The notes under the pieces are model-generated. The model was given only the letters and a program-made list of their open reading frames with translations, had not been told where the DNA came from and searched no databases. Below, piece after piece: positions 48,441 to 59,810 of a stretch of DNA of 64,000 bases (positions are counted from its first letter, which is position 1; the number at the start of each line of letters is the position of its first letter). The DNA is taken from contig JAYWIR010000067.1 of NCBI GenBank assembly GCA_036172245.1, forward strand, positions 434,001 to 498,000. Direction: 5' to 3'. The stretch comes from Raillietiella orientalis (taxonomy: Eukaryota). Position numbers and translations under genes: made by a program.

Positions 48441-49202
48441 CAATAACTGTTGCGCTGGGGCGAGCTACTGGATGTTCCGGAGGAACATCTCGAGTGGCCC
48501 CCGGTGCTCATGGACTCGCATACCCTCCCTATGAAGTGGAAACAGTCGGCATTGCTGGTGTTGCATTGGGTCTCCCCTGCAACGCCCGACGACACCACTG
48601 GACGCGGGGGGGTGTCAACCCCAATTGTGTCAGGTGTGGGGAGAGGGAATACCTCCCCCACCTGTTAGTGGATTGTGTTGCCCTCCGTCGCTTGTGGGAA
48701 CGCTTTGCCGCGGCCCTGGGTATCCCGGAGACAACCCCAGAGACTCTTTGCGCCCCCTCTTCGTCCGAGACGCCCTTCCCCCCGAGGCCTTACTTGCAGC
48801 CCTGTGCTGCCAACGTGGGATCGTCGTGGCATGGAGCAAAGCGATGGGAGAATCCAGCGACAGGGATGCCACCGTGTATGCCGCCCGCTTCCTGCGGATG
48901 ACGACGCGATGGCCCCATCTGACATCCACCATTCAACAACAGCTTGCCGGCATCCTCCAGAGGATGACGGACCCTCCCAGCAGACAGTGATCCCTTTCCG
49001 CTCCCTCTCCAGTTTGTTTATTTTTTTGTTTTCTTTTTGTTTCGTTCTCTTTCCCCTCTGCTGCCGAGGTCGACCGCGCCGGTCTGCGCACCGGTAGCCC
49101 GGCAAGCTGCTACTTTCTAGGACGTGGCTTGACTACTGGTCCAGTCACAATATAGATAAGTTTGTTGACAAAATAAACGTCCCGGCGAACCGGGTTTAAA
49201 GA
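48441..49202 (+). mobile_element. Nested 5'-truncated LINE with a ~21-bp imperfect TSD
   Basis: Flanked by GAGTTCTGCGAGAAGTTCCCCA (48419-48440) and GAGTTCTGCGAGCAGTTCCCA (49203-49223). It encodes the ORF2 C-terminus and ends AATAAA-CGTCCCGGCGAACCGGG-TTTAAA. Confidence 0.85.
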
Positions 49203-51521
49203 GAGTTCTGCGAGCAGTTCCCCATGCCTCGCCAGCCGCGGAGATTTAAGGATAGGGTCCGTAACGAAAGGCCGTATTTGTATGCCCGTGGTTACGCGAG
49301 GACCCCCAAACTCCGTCGCCTGGCAGAGTACCGAACCCGGGCCGAGGGCCAAGCCGGAAAATCCTGGTCGGCCAGCAAGCTGGCCGACCAGGGCCGGGAG
49401 AACTCGGTCCCGGCCACAATACGGCACCTCGAGTGGAGATTTTATTCCTCCTTCTACGCCAGGGCAACCCCGGAGCGGGTGACCTCGCGGTTCCTGCTAC
49501 CGGACGGAGACCCGGCAATAGAGGATGAGGAGAAGGAAAGCCTCGACGAGCCCTTTACGACCGGAGGTATTCTCTCAGGGATTAAAAGTCTCAAGAGGCG
49601 TAAGGAGCCAGAGGAGGACGGCCTGCCCTCAGAGTTCATCCAGTGCTTCTCAGAAGAGCTGGCACCCCTGGTGCTTCAGTTGACAAGACTGATCCGAGAC
49701 GAAGGCGATGTTCCCGCCTCGTTCCGGTCAGCTAGGATGAGGCTCCTTCCTAAGGGAGGAGACCTCCGTAAGTTGAACAACTGGCGTCCGATCACAGTCG
49801 TGAACACGGACGTCAAGTTGGTCGCGAAACTGTGGGCTGCGCGGCTCGGGCAGGTAGCCGAATCCGTAATTAGCCCGGAGCAGACTTACGCTGTTCCCGG
49901 ACGAAGTATGGAGGCTAACCTTTTCTTCGCCAGCACATGGTTTCATGTGCAAGGCGAAGTCAAGGAGCTTAAAAGATCTCTCGGCAACCCCAATTTAAGG
50001 GTGACCTCTGGTCAGGGTGGGGACATCCAGGCGGGCAAGGGTGTCCTAGCGATCGTAGTCGATCTTCATAAAGCTTTCGATTGCGTGGACCAGGAGCTTC
50101 TCCTGGAGCTTCTGCATCGCATGGGCTTCCCACCTACCTTAACGGCGTACCTGCGCTCCTACTGGCGCGCCGCGCTGACAAATATCTGTTTCAGAGGACA
50201 GAACGTGTACGGCGTGCCGGTGCACCGCGGGATTCGGCAGGGAGATAGCCTCAGTCCCCTGCTCTTTAGTACCTACATCGAGTTGGTGCTGAGAGCTTAC
50301 ACGATGACTTTGGCTGCCTTGCCAAACTCGTGCCCCAGCACGCCTGCCGTGTCCGCCTATGCCGACGATCTGCTGCTCCTGCTCCCAATGTCCACCCCGG
50401 CAACGGCAGTCGAATATTTCGTCGACCTGCTAAGACGTGGGACAGGGCTACGGGTCAACAGGGCAAAATCGTCGATGGTGGCAGTTGGAGCGACGTGGGT
50501 AGGACGGCCTACTGGATCCGCCTGGGGATCCCGACGGGCACACATCTGAAGTACCTTGGCGTTCCGCTGGGGGACTTCTGCCCGTCAGAAGCATGGTCAG
50601 GCCGTCTTCAGAAAGTGGATTTGGCGATCCGCCCGTTCCTGGAGGGCAAGTTCCACTTGCCGGAACGGGCCACAGTATGGAACGCGTTCGCGGCTCCCAT
50701 CCTCCGCCCCCTGCTCTTTGTGTGCCCCGTCCCCCGTGACTTGAAGAAGAGGACAAAAGACCTTCTTCGCATCGCCCTCTGGGGCAGCGGGAGGCCTCGT
50801 GCGCCTCTTAAGGACATATGCGCTCTGCGTCGGGACGGAGGTCTTGGCCTCCTGACGCTGGAGCGCGTGGAGAAGCAGCTGCGGTGGCGAACTCTCGCCA
50901 TCGCAGCGAAGATGTGGAGCACCCCTTGGTGCACTCCGGCCCGCCTCCTGGCCAGCCGTGTGTCCCGGTGCGAGGGACTCGCGTCTTTTCTTCTGTGCCC
51001 CGGCCGAAAGATCAGAAGATGCGGCCTACAGCTCGGACGCATGGCATCGTTGGCCATGGAGAACAGCTGGATGGTTTGCTGACACGCCAACTCCTCCGCC
51101 TGGCTGGAGGAGAACATCGGAACGTGGGCAGTGGTGAACCAGAGAAGCCACGTAACGTGGAATCGTCTCCGGTGCGGCCCCTACGCCCGCTGCACTCTGA
51201 GGAATCTCCTGGAGAATCCAGCTAGAAGCACGTGGGCAGAGACAACCTGCCTGGCTACGGCGCTGCCCTTCCTGAGGAGGGCGCTTCACAGCAGTCGGAC
51301 GCCAAGGTGGCAAGTCTCCTGCAGCATCGAGGGACGCGAGAAGAGAATGAGCGGCTGGACCATGGGTAAACTGGCGGACGCCACGACCCCGAGCGTCCAG
51401 CCGCGAGGACTAAGAAGATGGGGCGAGCTGCTGGCCATCCCTACGGATGTGCTGAAGTGGCCCCGCTTCTTCAGGAATCCAGGATCCTGCCCCTTAAGTG
51501 GCAAGAGTCGGCGTTGCTGTT

Positions 51522-54500
51522 TATCACCTGGGTGCGCCGGGGCGTTTATTACAAACTATCCGGGAACAAAGTTCCCGGACAAAGGACATAGAGTAACGAA
51601 GGGGGTGGGATCCCCGACACGCAGGTCGGTATGCCGAAAGTCCGGAACGGGAGGGAGGGGACCACAAATACACCGTATAGAAAAAATAAAAATGAAGATA
51701 TGGAGGGCAGGGGACAGGGGTCTTTGGTTCTGCCGTTCCTTCCTTTCAGAACCGGCGATGGATGCCGGCGATCTCCTTCCTCACGCTCTCTGGAAGATGC
51801 GCCCACTCGGCTGCCGACGACATGTTTGTGCTGGCTAATCCGGTGGGCTGACGAAGGATGGCCAACTTCTCCAGTTGTCGGTGGGCCTTGTCGATGGCGC
51901 GAATGCAACACACGGTTGCAACAACAGCACCTAAGGACAGGCCGTCTAGCGTGAAGAAGCGGCGCATCAAATCCCTCACGGTGTCCCCCTGGTGCAGGAG
52001 AGCTGAGGCCAGCCTCCGATACAGTCCTAGGACGGCACCGTAGTCCAGAAACAGGTGCGGGATCGTTTCCACTTTTCCGCACCTTTTACAGTTTGGGGAG
52101 ACAACTCCCCCGTAAAGACGGTGCGTCCGCTGGTTGGAGTGAAAACCCCAATGCACCAGCATGATGACGTCCTGCTTCCACGAAAGGGGGAACATCGAAG
52201 TGTTCAAACAGGAGGGAGGGACCACAAGTTCTTCGGGGTTCACACTCAAGTTTTCACTCCACCGAAGGAGTCCTTTCGAGATTTGGCGCGGCGTGGCGGC
52301 GTCTGCCAGCTCGCAAGTCCTCCAGCCGCCAATAGGTCGCGTTGTTCCTGCGATGCTGCAGGAGACCTCCCATCAGGCCGGTTCGCAACTGTCATCTCTT
52401 GCCCTGAGGGCTGACAGCGCGTCGGCGAGGAGGGTGACGGCCAGGCGGGTCCACTTCTCCTAGCTGTTGCACACCTCATCCACCGTGCAGTACGGGGAGA
52501 GGTTAGCGCAACGGAGATCCAGGAGTGAAACATCCTGGTGCATTGCCCAGCCATGCAACAGTTCCTGCCGCCAGGATTCAAAGTTCGTTGCGCGACAGCA
52601 GATCCATGCGAGGGCTGCCAGGAGAAGGTAGAGTGGTTTCAACGGAAAACCGAAACTACACCTAGAGCGTTCCGTGTGCGGACGCAGCGAAGGAAGTCCA
52701 TCGATGCCGGTGCAGCGCCGCAGGAGCAGGCGCGCGGGAGCGCACCAGGGAGTGGACCAAAGGTTGGCGCACAGGGCCAACATCCAAAGCTGCACCTGCA
52801 GCTCGATTCTCTCCAGCGTCAGGATGCCTAAACCAGCATCCCAACGCGGAGCCGCCAAGTCTTTGAGGCGTATCCTGGACCTCGCAGGTCCCCACAGAGC
52901 GTTCCTCTACAGGCTGTTCGCCTTGAGCTTGGCCGAATTGGGGGATGGGCAAACAAAAGGAAGGAGACGTAAGAGGGGGGCAACGAAGGTGTTCCATATC
53001 GCGGCCCGCTCCGGCAGGACGAACCTGCCATGGTGGAACGGGATCAGAGCACTCGTAGCCTTCCGAAGGCAGTCCGACCACACTTCCACTGAGCTGATTT
53101 TCCCCAGCGGAACGCCCAGATATTGGATGGACGAAGTGGTCGGGATCCCCAGGCGGATCCAGTCGGACTGCCTCTCCCACGCCGCACTATAGGTACGACC
53201 ACGCTCTTGCTCCGTTTTACGCTCATGCCCGCTCCCCGGGGAATCAGCTCAAAGAAATCCTCGAGACTGGATGCCTGGGTGGTCATGGGTAAAAGGAGAA
53301 GCAGGTCGTCAGCATAGGCTGCCACGGACGGCGTTCCTGGACAAGAGCTCGGCAGGTTGGCCAGCGTCAGCCTGTACGCCCTCAGCACCAACTCAAAGAA
53401 GATGCTGAAGAGCAACGGGCTTAAGCTGTCGCCCTGCCTGATGCCCCGCCGCACCGGCACGCCGTACACGTGGCAGCCGCTAAAAGAGATGGAAATGAGC
53501 GCGTGGCGCCAGCAAGCGCGCAAATACGCCACGAGGTGCACCGGGAAACCGAGACGTTCCAGGAGCTCTAGCAGGAGATCCTGATTTACGCAATCGAACG
53601 CCTTGCATAGATCTACCGCGACCGCCAAGGCACCCGGCGCTTCCCCAGGCCGAATGCAGCGACGCCCAGCCTGGGCAGCCGCAGATGCGGTTGCCTGGCT
53701 GTCGTGCGCCACGCAACGTTGCAGCTCGAGCCACGTGCGCGCGAAGAACAGGTTCGCCTCCATGGTCCGCCCGGGAACAGCGTAAGACTGCTCCGGACTT
53801 ACCACGGATCCAGCGATCCTGCCTAGGCGCGCGACCCACAGCCTGGAGAACAACTTGACGTCCGCATTCACCAAGGTGATGGGACGCCAGTTGCTTAAAT
53901 GGCGCATGTCTCCGCCTTTCGGCAACAGACGCACCCTTGCTGAGCGAAACGAGGCCGGGACATTCCCCGTCTCTCGCATCAGCGCAGAAAGCCTCAGCAC
54001 CAGGGGGATGAGTTCCGCCGCGAAGCACTGGAAGAACTCCGCAGGCAAACCATCCTCACCTGGCGCCTTGCGCTTCTTGAGGCCCGCTATGGCGGAAGAC
54101 ACTTCTTCCGCCGTGAAGGGCAAGTCAAGAGTGGCGCGTTCCTCCTCGTCGAACGCAGGGGAATCCGCCGGCAGAAGCAGCTCGGAGAGACTGCGTTCCG
54201 TCGGCTCCCTAGCATACAACGAGGAGTAGTAGCGCTTTAGGAGGCGGCGAACTTCGGCAGCGCCCGAGCACTCCAGGCCCTGGTCGTCGAGCAGACAAGC
54301 CGCTCCTGACTGCCAGACCTGGCGCTCGGCCTTGGCCTTGTACTCCGCAAGGTACCGGACGTCCGGGCATCGGGAGAATTGGCGGGCCTGCAGAAACTCT
54401 CTGCTGTTGGCCACGCCTTCCCCGAAGCCACGGGGAAGCAGGCGCAAGGGGAACCGGCTGCAGAACTCGCGGACCGATCTTTTCAGATCGTCCCAGTCCA

Positions 54501-56195
54501 CGAGCTCTCGAACGGCAAAGGTCCGGAGATGCTGGCGGAGGTGCTCCGCAGCCACCGGATTTCTCAACCAGTCGGCCGGCAACCTCCAGACGTGCGTCGG
54601 AGGGCCCTTGCCAGGCGGGAGTAGCTCAAACTCCAGCCTGTAGTGGTCGGAAAGCTCGGACGGCACGGGACCTCTTCGACCCACCCGACAATGCAGGTGA
54701 TCGTCGAGGAACACATGGTCCGGCAAAGCACGCATTCCGGGATCGTCGGCCAGCAAATTCGAGGCGTGCACCGACGCGCACACCTCGTTCACCAGCCGTT
54801 TCTCCCGGCGACGGTGAGACTCCTCCGATAGCGCGTGGACGTTGAAGTCCCCGGCTACGAGGTGAGCCACGTCGGGGCCGGAGTTGCTGAGCCAGCGGTC
54901 GCGCAGTCTCTCGAAAAACTCCAGTTTCTCGGTGTGACGCGCGGAGCCGCTCGGCGCGTACACGTTCGTGACGACAAGGTTGATCGATTCGGACCACTTG
55001 AGAACAAGTTGGCCCACACGACCTTCCTCGTCGAAACAAACGCTCCGCACCGCTCCCGCCACCCTGCCCCGGACAAGGAATGCGACTCCGCAGGTATTCT
55101 GGGAGCCTGACCTCCAATGGAGCGTCCCGCCTGCGCGAACTTGCAGATCGGCCGCTTGCTGCTCGGAGAGTGCGTGAATCTCCTGCAGAAGGGCCAGATC
55201 GAAGTCGCGCAAGACGTTGGCAACCAATCGCCTCTTCTCGTTGTCCTGCAGCCCGTTGACGTTCCAACAGGCCACTCGGACGCGACGGGAAGAAGCGAGA
55301 CCGCGCATTGCTGCTACGGACATGGAGGTGCGTTCCTCGCCCCGTCCAGCGAGGCATCAGCCGGGAGCACGGCGGATGAGGTAGCGCAAGCGCTTCCTGT
55401 CCCCGCCGCGCCGCTCGCGGCCGGCTCGGTGGAGTCGAGGACCATTGCCTCGGGCTCCGAGGAGCATCGGGAACCGTTCCCGGCATCAGGCTCTTGCCTG
55501 GCAAGTTTTGGCTTGCGCGCAGCCCTGGCCTTGACCGGGGCTTGGCGAGCCTTAGCGCTGCCCTCGGACTCCACCTCGGAGTCCGAATTGCGCGCGCGCG
55601 GCGGGCGTTTCGCCTGCCGCTTTTTTTGCTGGCAGCCAGGAGCTGGTCCAGCACTCTTAGAGGGTGCCTTCGTCGCCGATCCCCCTTTCGGGCTCACGGC
55701 TTCGGCAGCTCCCCTCTCGCCGCGGGTGTTTGCGGCGGCGCGCGCGGCGGCAGGAGGCATTATCTTGCGCCTTCCTTGGCGCGCGGGGCTGCCTCTTCAC
55801 CCCGCCTACCTTTTTGATCGGGAAGTGGGAAGGATCGCGCGGTTTGCGCTCCTTCTTCCTTCCCCCAACAAAGGTCCAGCCATCCTCGCCGCCTTCCGGT
55901 TTGCCTCGGTTGGGCGCGAGGGCTTCCAGGGTCCTTCGCATCCTTTCCAAGGCCTCGGATACGGCGGTGGAGGCCAGTGTCTCCTTCGCCACGTCTGCCT
56001 TTTGCACCTCCTTACCGGAAGGTGCGGGCAGAGTGGCGGGATTCTCGGAGGTCGCGCGAGGCTTTTCGGCCTTTGCTGGCGTTCGGCCCGCCGTGGCCGG
56101 CTTGCCTGTCGCGGGCAAAGGGGCGCGCGACCCCTTTTTCGACGCTACGGTGGACTTCCCGGGCGTGCCACCGCTATTTCGCTCCGGAGCGAGAG
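51522..56195 (-). mobile_element. Nested 4.67-kb L1/Tx1-like LINE (ORF1 3' part plus full-length but disrupted ORF2, 55323-51746) with a 13-bp TSD
   Basis: Perfect TSD CGGCGTTGCTGTT at 51509-51521 and 56196-56208. ORF2 has APE motifs (WNVNG, QE, NVYAP, GDFN, SDH), RT motifs (KAPGEDG, NWRPITL, DLCKAFD, QGDSLSP, YADD) and a C-terminal CKRCG..ETIPHLFL finger. There is a frameshift at ~53185 and several stops. The ORF2 ATG overlaps the end of ORF1 by 10 nt. Confidence 0.95.
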
Positions 56196-56854
56196 CGGCG
56201 TTGCTGTTGTTGCATTGGGGTTTACCCTGCAACCCACGCCTCTCCCACTGGACAAGAGGAGTTGTGGATCCTGCGTGTGTCAGGTGCGGAGAGCAGGAAT
56301 CGCTCTCCCACCTTATTGTGGACTGTGTTGCCCTCCGTCCCCTTTGGGAACGGTTTGGGACGACCCTCGGTCTCCCTACGGGCAGTTCCCCTAGAGACGT
56401 TCTTCGGCCCCTCTTCGTGAAGGACGCCCTGCAGCCAGCCGCAGCTCTCGCAGCCTTGTGCTGCGTCCGAGGCATCGTGGCGACATGGAGCGACACCAAC
56501 AAGGAAGGAGTGGGTCAACACGCGAGGGATGTCATCCCATATGCCCAACGCTTCTTGCGGAGAGCTGCTGGGTGGCCCCAACTAAGGAATATACGGATGG
56601 ACCTCGAGGGCTTCCTTCAACGGATGGGCCCTCCTCTCAGCGAACAGTGATCCCTTCCCTGCCCCCCAACCTCTTTTGTTCGTTTGTGTTTTATTTTTAC
56701 TTTTGTTTTTTCCCCATCCCCTTTCGCTGCCGGGGAGTGCCACGCTGGGCTGCGTCCCGGCGTCCCGGTAGGTCCCGTGCATAAGGCCGTGAGCGGGGCC
56801 TGGTACCGCAATTGTAGAGTTTTTATTGATAAACGCCCCGGGCGTACCCGGGTG

Positions 56855-59370
56855 GCAACACCAAATCCCCGGGGCAGGCGGTGCAAAGGGAAATCCTCGC
56901 AGAACTCGCGGACCGAGACCTTCATGCGGTCCCAGTCTTCGAGGTTGCGGAGGATGACGCCTCTCAGGAACTGACGGAGATGTTCCGCCGCACCGGAGAT
57001 GCGCGTCCAGTCCCCTGGCATACGCCACGCCCTGGATGGTGGTCCTTTGTCGCATGGCATAATCTCGATTATCAACCGGAAGTGGTCCGATAGCGTCGAC
57101 GGAAGTTTCCCTCGTCTGCCGACCCGTGGGCACAGGTCGGCGTCAAGGAAGACGTGGTCTACGCTTTGGGCCATTTCCGGTAGGTCCCCCAAGTTGCGCG
57201 TACGCATAGCGGCGCACAACTCGTTGGTTGCGTCTTTTTGGCTGCAAGGCACACCTGAGAGCAGGCGGATGTTGAAATCCCCACCGATCACATGTGCCTT
57301 GCGTACGTTTGTATCCGCCAGCCAGTCGCGCTTCAGGGTTTCGAGGAACCGGGAACGTTCCCCGTACCCGCGTCCTCCGCTCGGAGCGTACACATTAGTC
57401 ACGACAAGGTGGATCGAGTTGGACCACCTAAGGATAAGCTGGCCAACCCGACTGTCCTTGTCGAATCGTACGTCCTTGACGAAGGAAGCGACTGCTGTCT
57501 TCATAAAAAAGGCGACGCCACAGGTATTGCGAGCGCCGCATTGCCAAAACAGACGACCCCCTGCGATCCTTTCGATCTCTTGGGCGTTCTCCGCGGTGAT
57601 CACGTGGATCTCCTGCAGGAGCGCCAGGTCGGAGTCACGCAGGGTGTCGGCCGTGTCCCGCCTGTTGCCGTCATCGCGCAGCCCGTTGACGTTCCAGCAG
57701 GCTACGCGTATCCTACGGCGATAGGCGAGTCCAGGTGCTAATCCTGAGAAAGTGGCAAAGGAGCTCCCGCCACCTTGTCAGGCGGGACGCTAGGAGGAGG
57801 GGGTGCGTCGCGCACCGCTTCTCCCTCCTCTATGGGGGCCGAATCGTCGGCAGGGCCGTGCACAGGAAGGGGGGGTTCACCCACCTGCAATTCCTCCTCC
57901 ATAGGGGTTGCCAGCTGCACGGTGTCGGGGAGTGAGAGATTCCCACCCTCGGCTCCCGCGCTGCCGGCTTCCCCCTCGGGTGTCGGTTCATCCCTCTCCT
58001 TGTTGGTTCGGATGCGCCTCCTGGGATTCTGGGACTTGCGTCCCGTCTTCTTAGGTGGCGCCTTCGCTGAGGATGACGCACTTCCGGCATCTGGATCGGC
58101 ATCACCTGCCTCCGGAGCCTTCCTCGGCCGGCCTTCGTAAGGTTTTCCACGATTTCGTCTCACGGCCTTGCAGTTCTGCCTCGAGTTCTTCCACCGCCTG
58201 CTGGAAGGCGGCCTCCTCGATCGCGTCGAGCGCGGCGCGCGGTTCCCCCTCTGTTTCCCCAGAGGGTTCGCCATCGACCGTCGCGGCTTCGGCGGACGCG
58301 AGGAAGGGGATTGTTCCCCCGGTGGCGGCATCGAGTGCCTCCACACGCTTTAATTTTACCGAACAAACGCGAAGTTTTTCGCGGCACGTTTTTTTGCGCT
58401 GCGTTTTTGTTTTCCCCGCGCTTCGTTCGGGACTCCCGGGCTTTCTTCTGGGCTGTACCGTCTGCCAGCCTTCGCCGTCGCCAGCGTCGTCGGGAGTGCT
58501 CTCAACCGACGTTTGCTGGGATGGCTTAGGGACTGGCATCTGGCTCCTTACGGCCTGCTTCATGGTATTCGTCTCTCCCGCCCGTTTCCCCTTTGCCTTT
58601 TTGGCAGCGGGAGGGACCGGGATTTCTCGTCTTGGGCACACCTTGCGGATGTGGCCCTTGTTTCCACATAAGTGGCATTGGATGTTAGGGCACCGTTTTT
58701 TTAAGTGCCCTGTAGCATCGCAATGGCCACAATACTTGGGCTTTCCCACGTACCAAACATCGACTTTTTCTTCGCCGATATTTAGTTTGTGGGGAAACCC
58801 ACCATTCTCCGGTAGTGTGACGCGGGCAGCGGCCATCCCACTGAATAGCCTTCCGTACGTTCGGAAGACATTGGGTTTGGCCCAATACGCGTGCACACTA
58901 CTATGCTTCGACAACTCCTCATGGACGCTGGTTTTGTCCATTCGGAGTGATACGCCAGTGAGGTGGACCACGACGGAGCGGTCCTCCGTCACAGGGAAGA
59001 TCCTGCGGCCGTCCACCGTAATAGGGGTGTTCAGCAGTCGCTGCGCCATACTTGCCTCTTTGCATGTCAGCTCAACTCGCTGGCCCCCACTAAGGACGGA
59101 TAGGCCTAAAAGGTCTTCCTCCCTCACGTTCAGCCTTTGGAGCTCCATTTCGAAGGAGCGTGCAATTTTTTCATCAAATATACTGCCTACCTTATAGATC
59201 AGCGACGGTTTGTAGCCGCTGTCCTTGTAGGCAGTCTGCTCCGCTACTGCATCCGGGGATGGTGCAGCAACGACGTCACTCCAACTCCTCGCCAATGGCG
59301 AAGAGGGTCGCGAAGGGGCGGTTTTCCCCGATTCCGATGGGGCAAGTGCTTCGGATTCCGTGGGGAAGTG
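56855..59370 (-). mobile_element. L1/Tx1-like element, 5' half (397-aa open ORF1 segment plus endonuclease); inverted counterpart of 39990-42666
   Basis: Same two CCHC knuckles, and TNVYAP, GDFN and SDH endonuclease motifs. Over the core, ORF coordinates mirror the plus-strand copy with a constant sum of 99544. Confidence 0.92.
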
Positions 59371-59810
59371 TAGATATTAACTGTGTAGGATGCAGGGTTC
59401 TGAAATTTTTCCCGCACGTAATCATCGAGTGTGTTGTTCAACGTCCTGTGTGGAATCGACTGTCGTCGATGGACGACCCAGAGGTCATTTTCCTATGGCT
59501 CCTGAAGCGCGATTCTTTGCCAGCAACCGGGTGTGCAGCAGTTGTCTGTTGCATACGCGGAATCCTGGACAAATGCACTGCGTACACGAGGGTTCAGAAG
59601 ATGCGGAATGTCATACACTGAGCAGCCATCTGCGTTTAGGTTTGCCGATGGCGCTGGCTAAGTTCATCCCGACGGGCAGTTGTAGACTTCCAACGTTGGA
59701 TGCAGAGAGTCCCTGCCGACGATCTGTGATCGTTTCCCTTCCATCCGCTTTCAGTGAAACATTGTTTTCTCCTTGTGTTTCCGTCTTGTTTTGCTTTCCC
59801 CCCCTCTCCC
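59371..59810 (+). mobile_element. Decayed LINE ORF2 C-terminus and 3' UTR
   Basis: CVGC...PHVIIEC and VCCIRGI motifs plus a T-rich tail; related to the minus-strand segment 38420-38880. Confidence 0.7.

Larger units (their letters stand above)
46593..56854 (+). mobile_element. Near full-length L1/Tx1-like element (ORF1 internally deleted) split by two younger nested insertions
   Basis: Pieces 46593-48440 (5' UTR, ORF1, endonuclease), 49203-51521 (RT: NWRPIT, DLHKAFD, RQGDSLSP, YADD) and 56196-56854 (zinc finger, 3' UTR, hairpin) join colinearly once the two TSD-flanked inserts are removed. Confidence 0.85.

Noticed and set aside
55664..56650. 328-aa plus-strand ORF and 281-aa minus-strand ORF as novel fusion genes
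   Set aside because: They are chance read-through across the insertion junction at 56195/56196 between two oppositely oriented LINEs.
49203..59370. Twin-priming 5' inversion as the explanation for the opposed RT half and ORF1/endonuclease half
   Set aside because: The geometry is tail-to-breakpoint rather than the twin-priming arrangement. TSDs also show the RT half belongs to the plus-strand element starting at ~46593.
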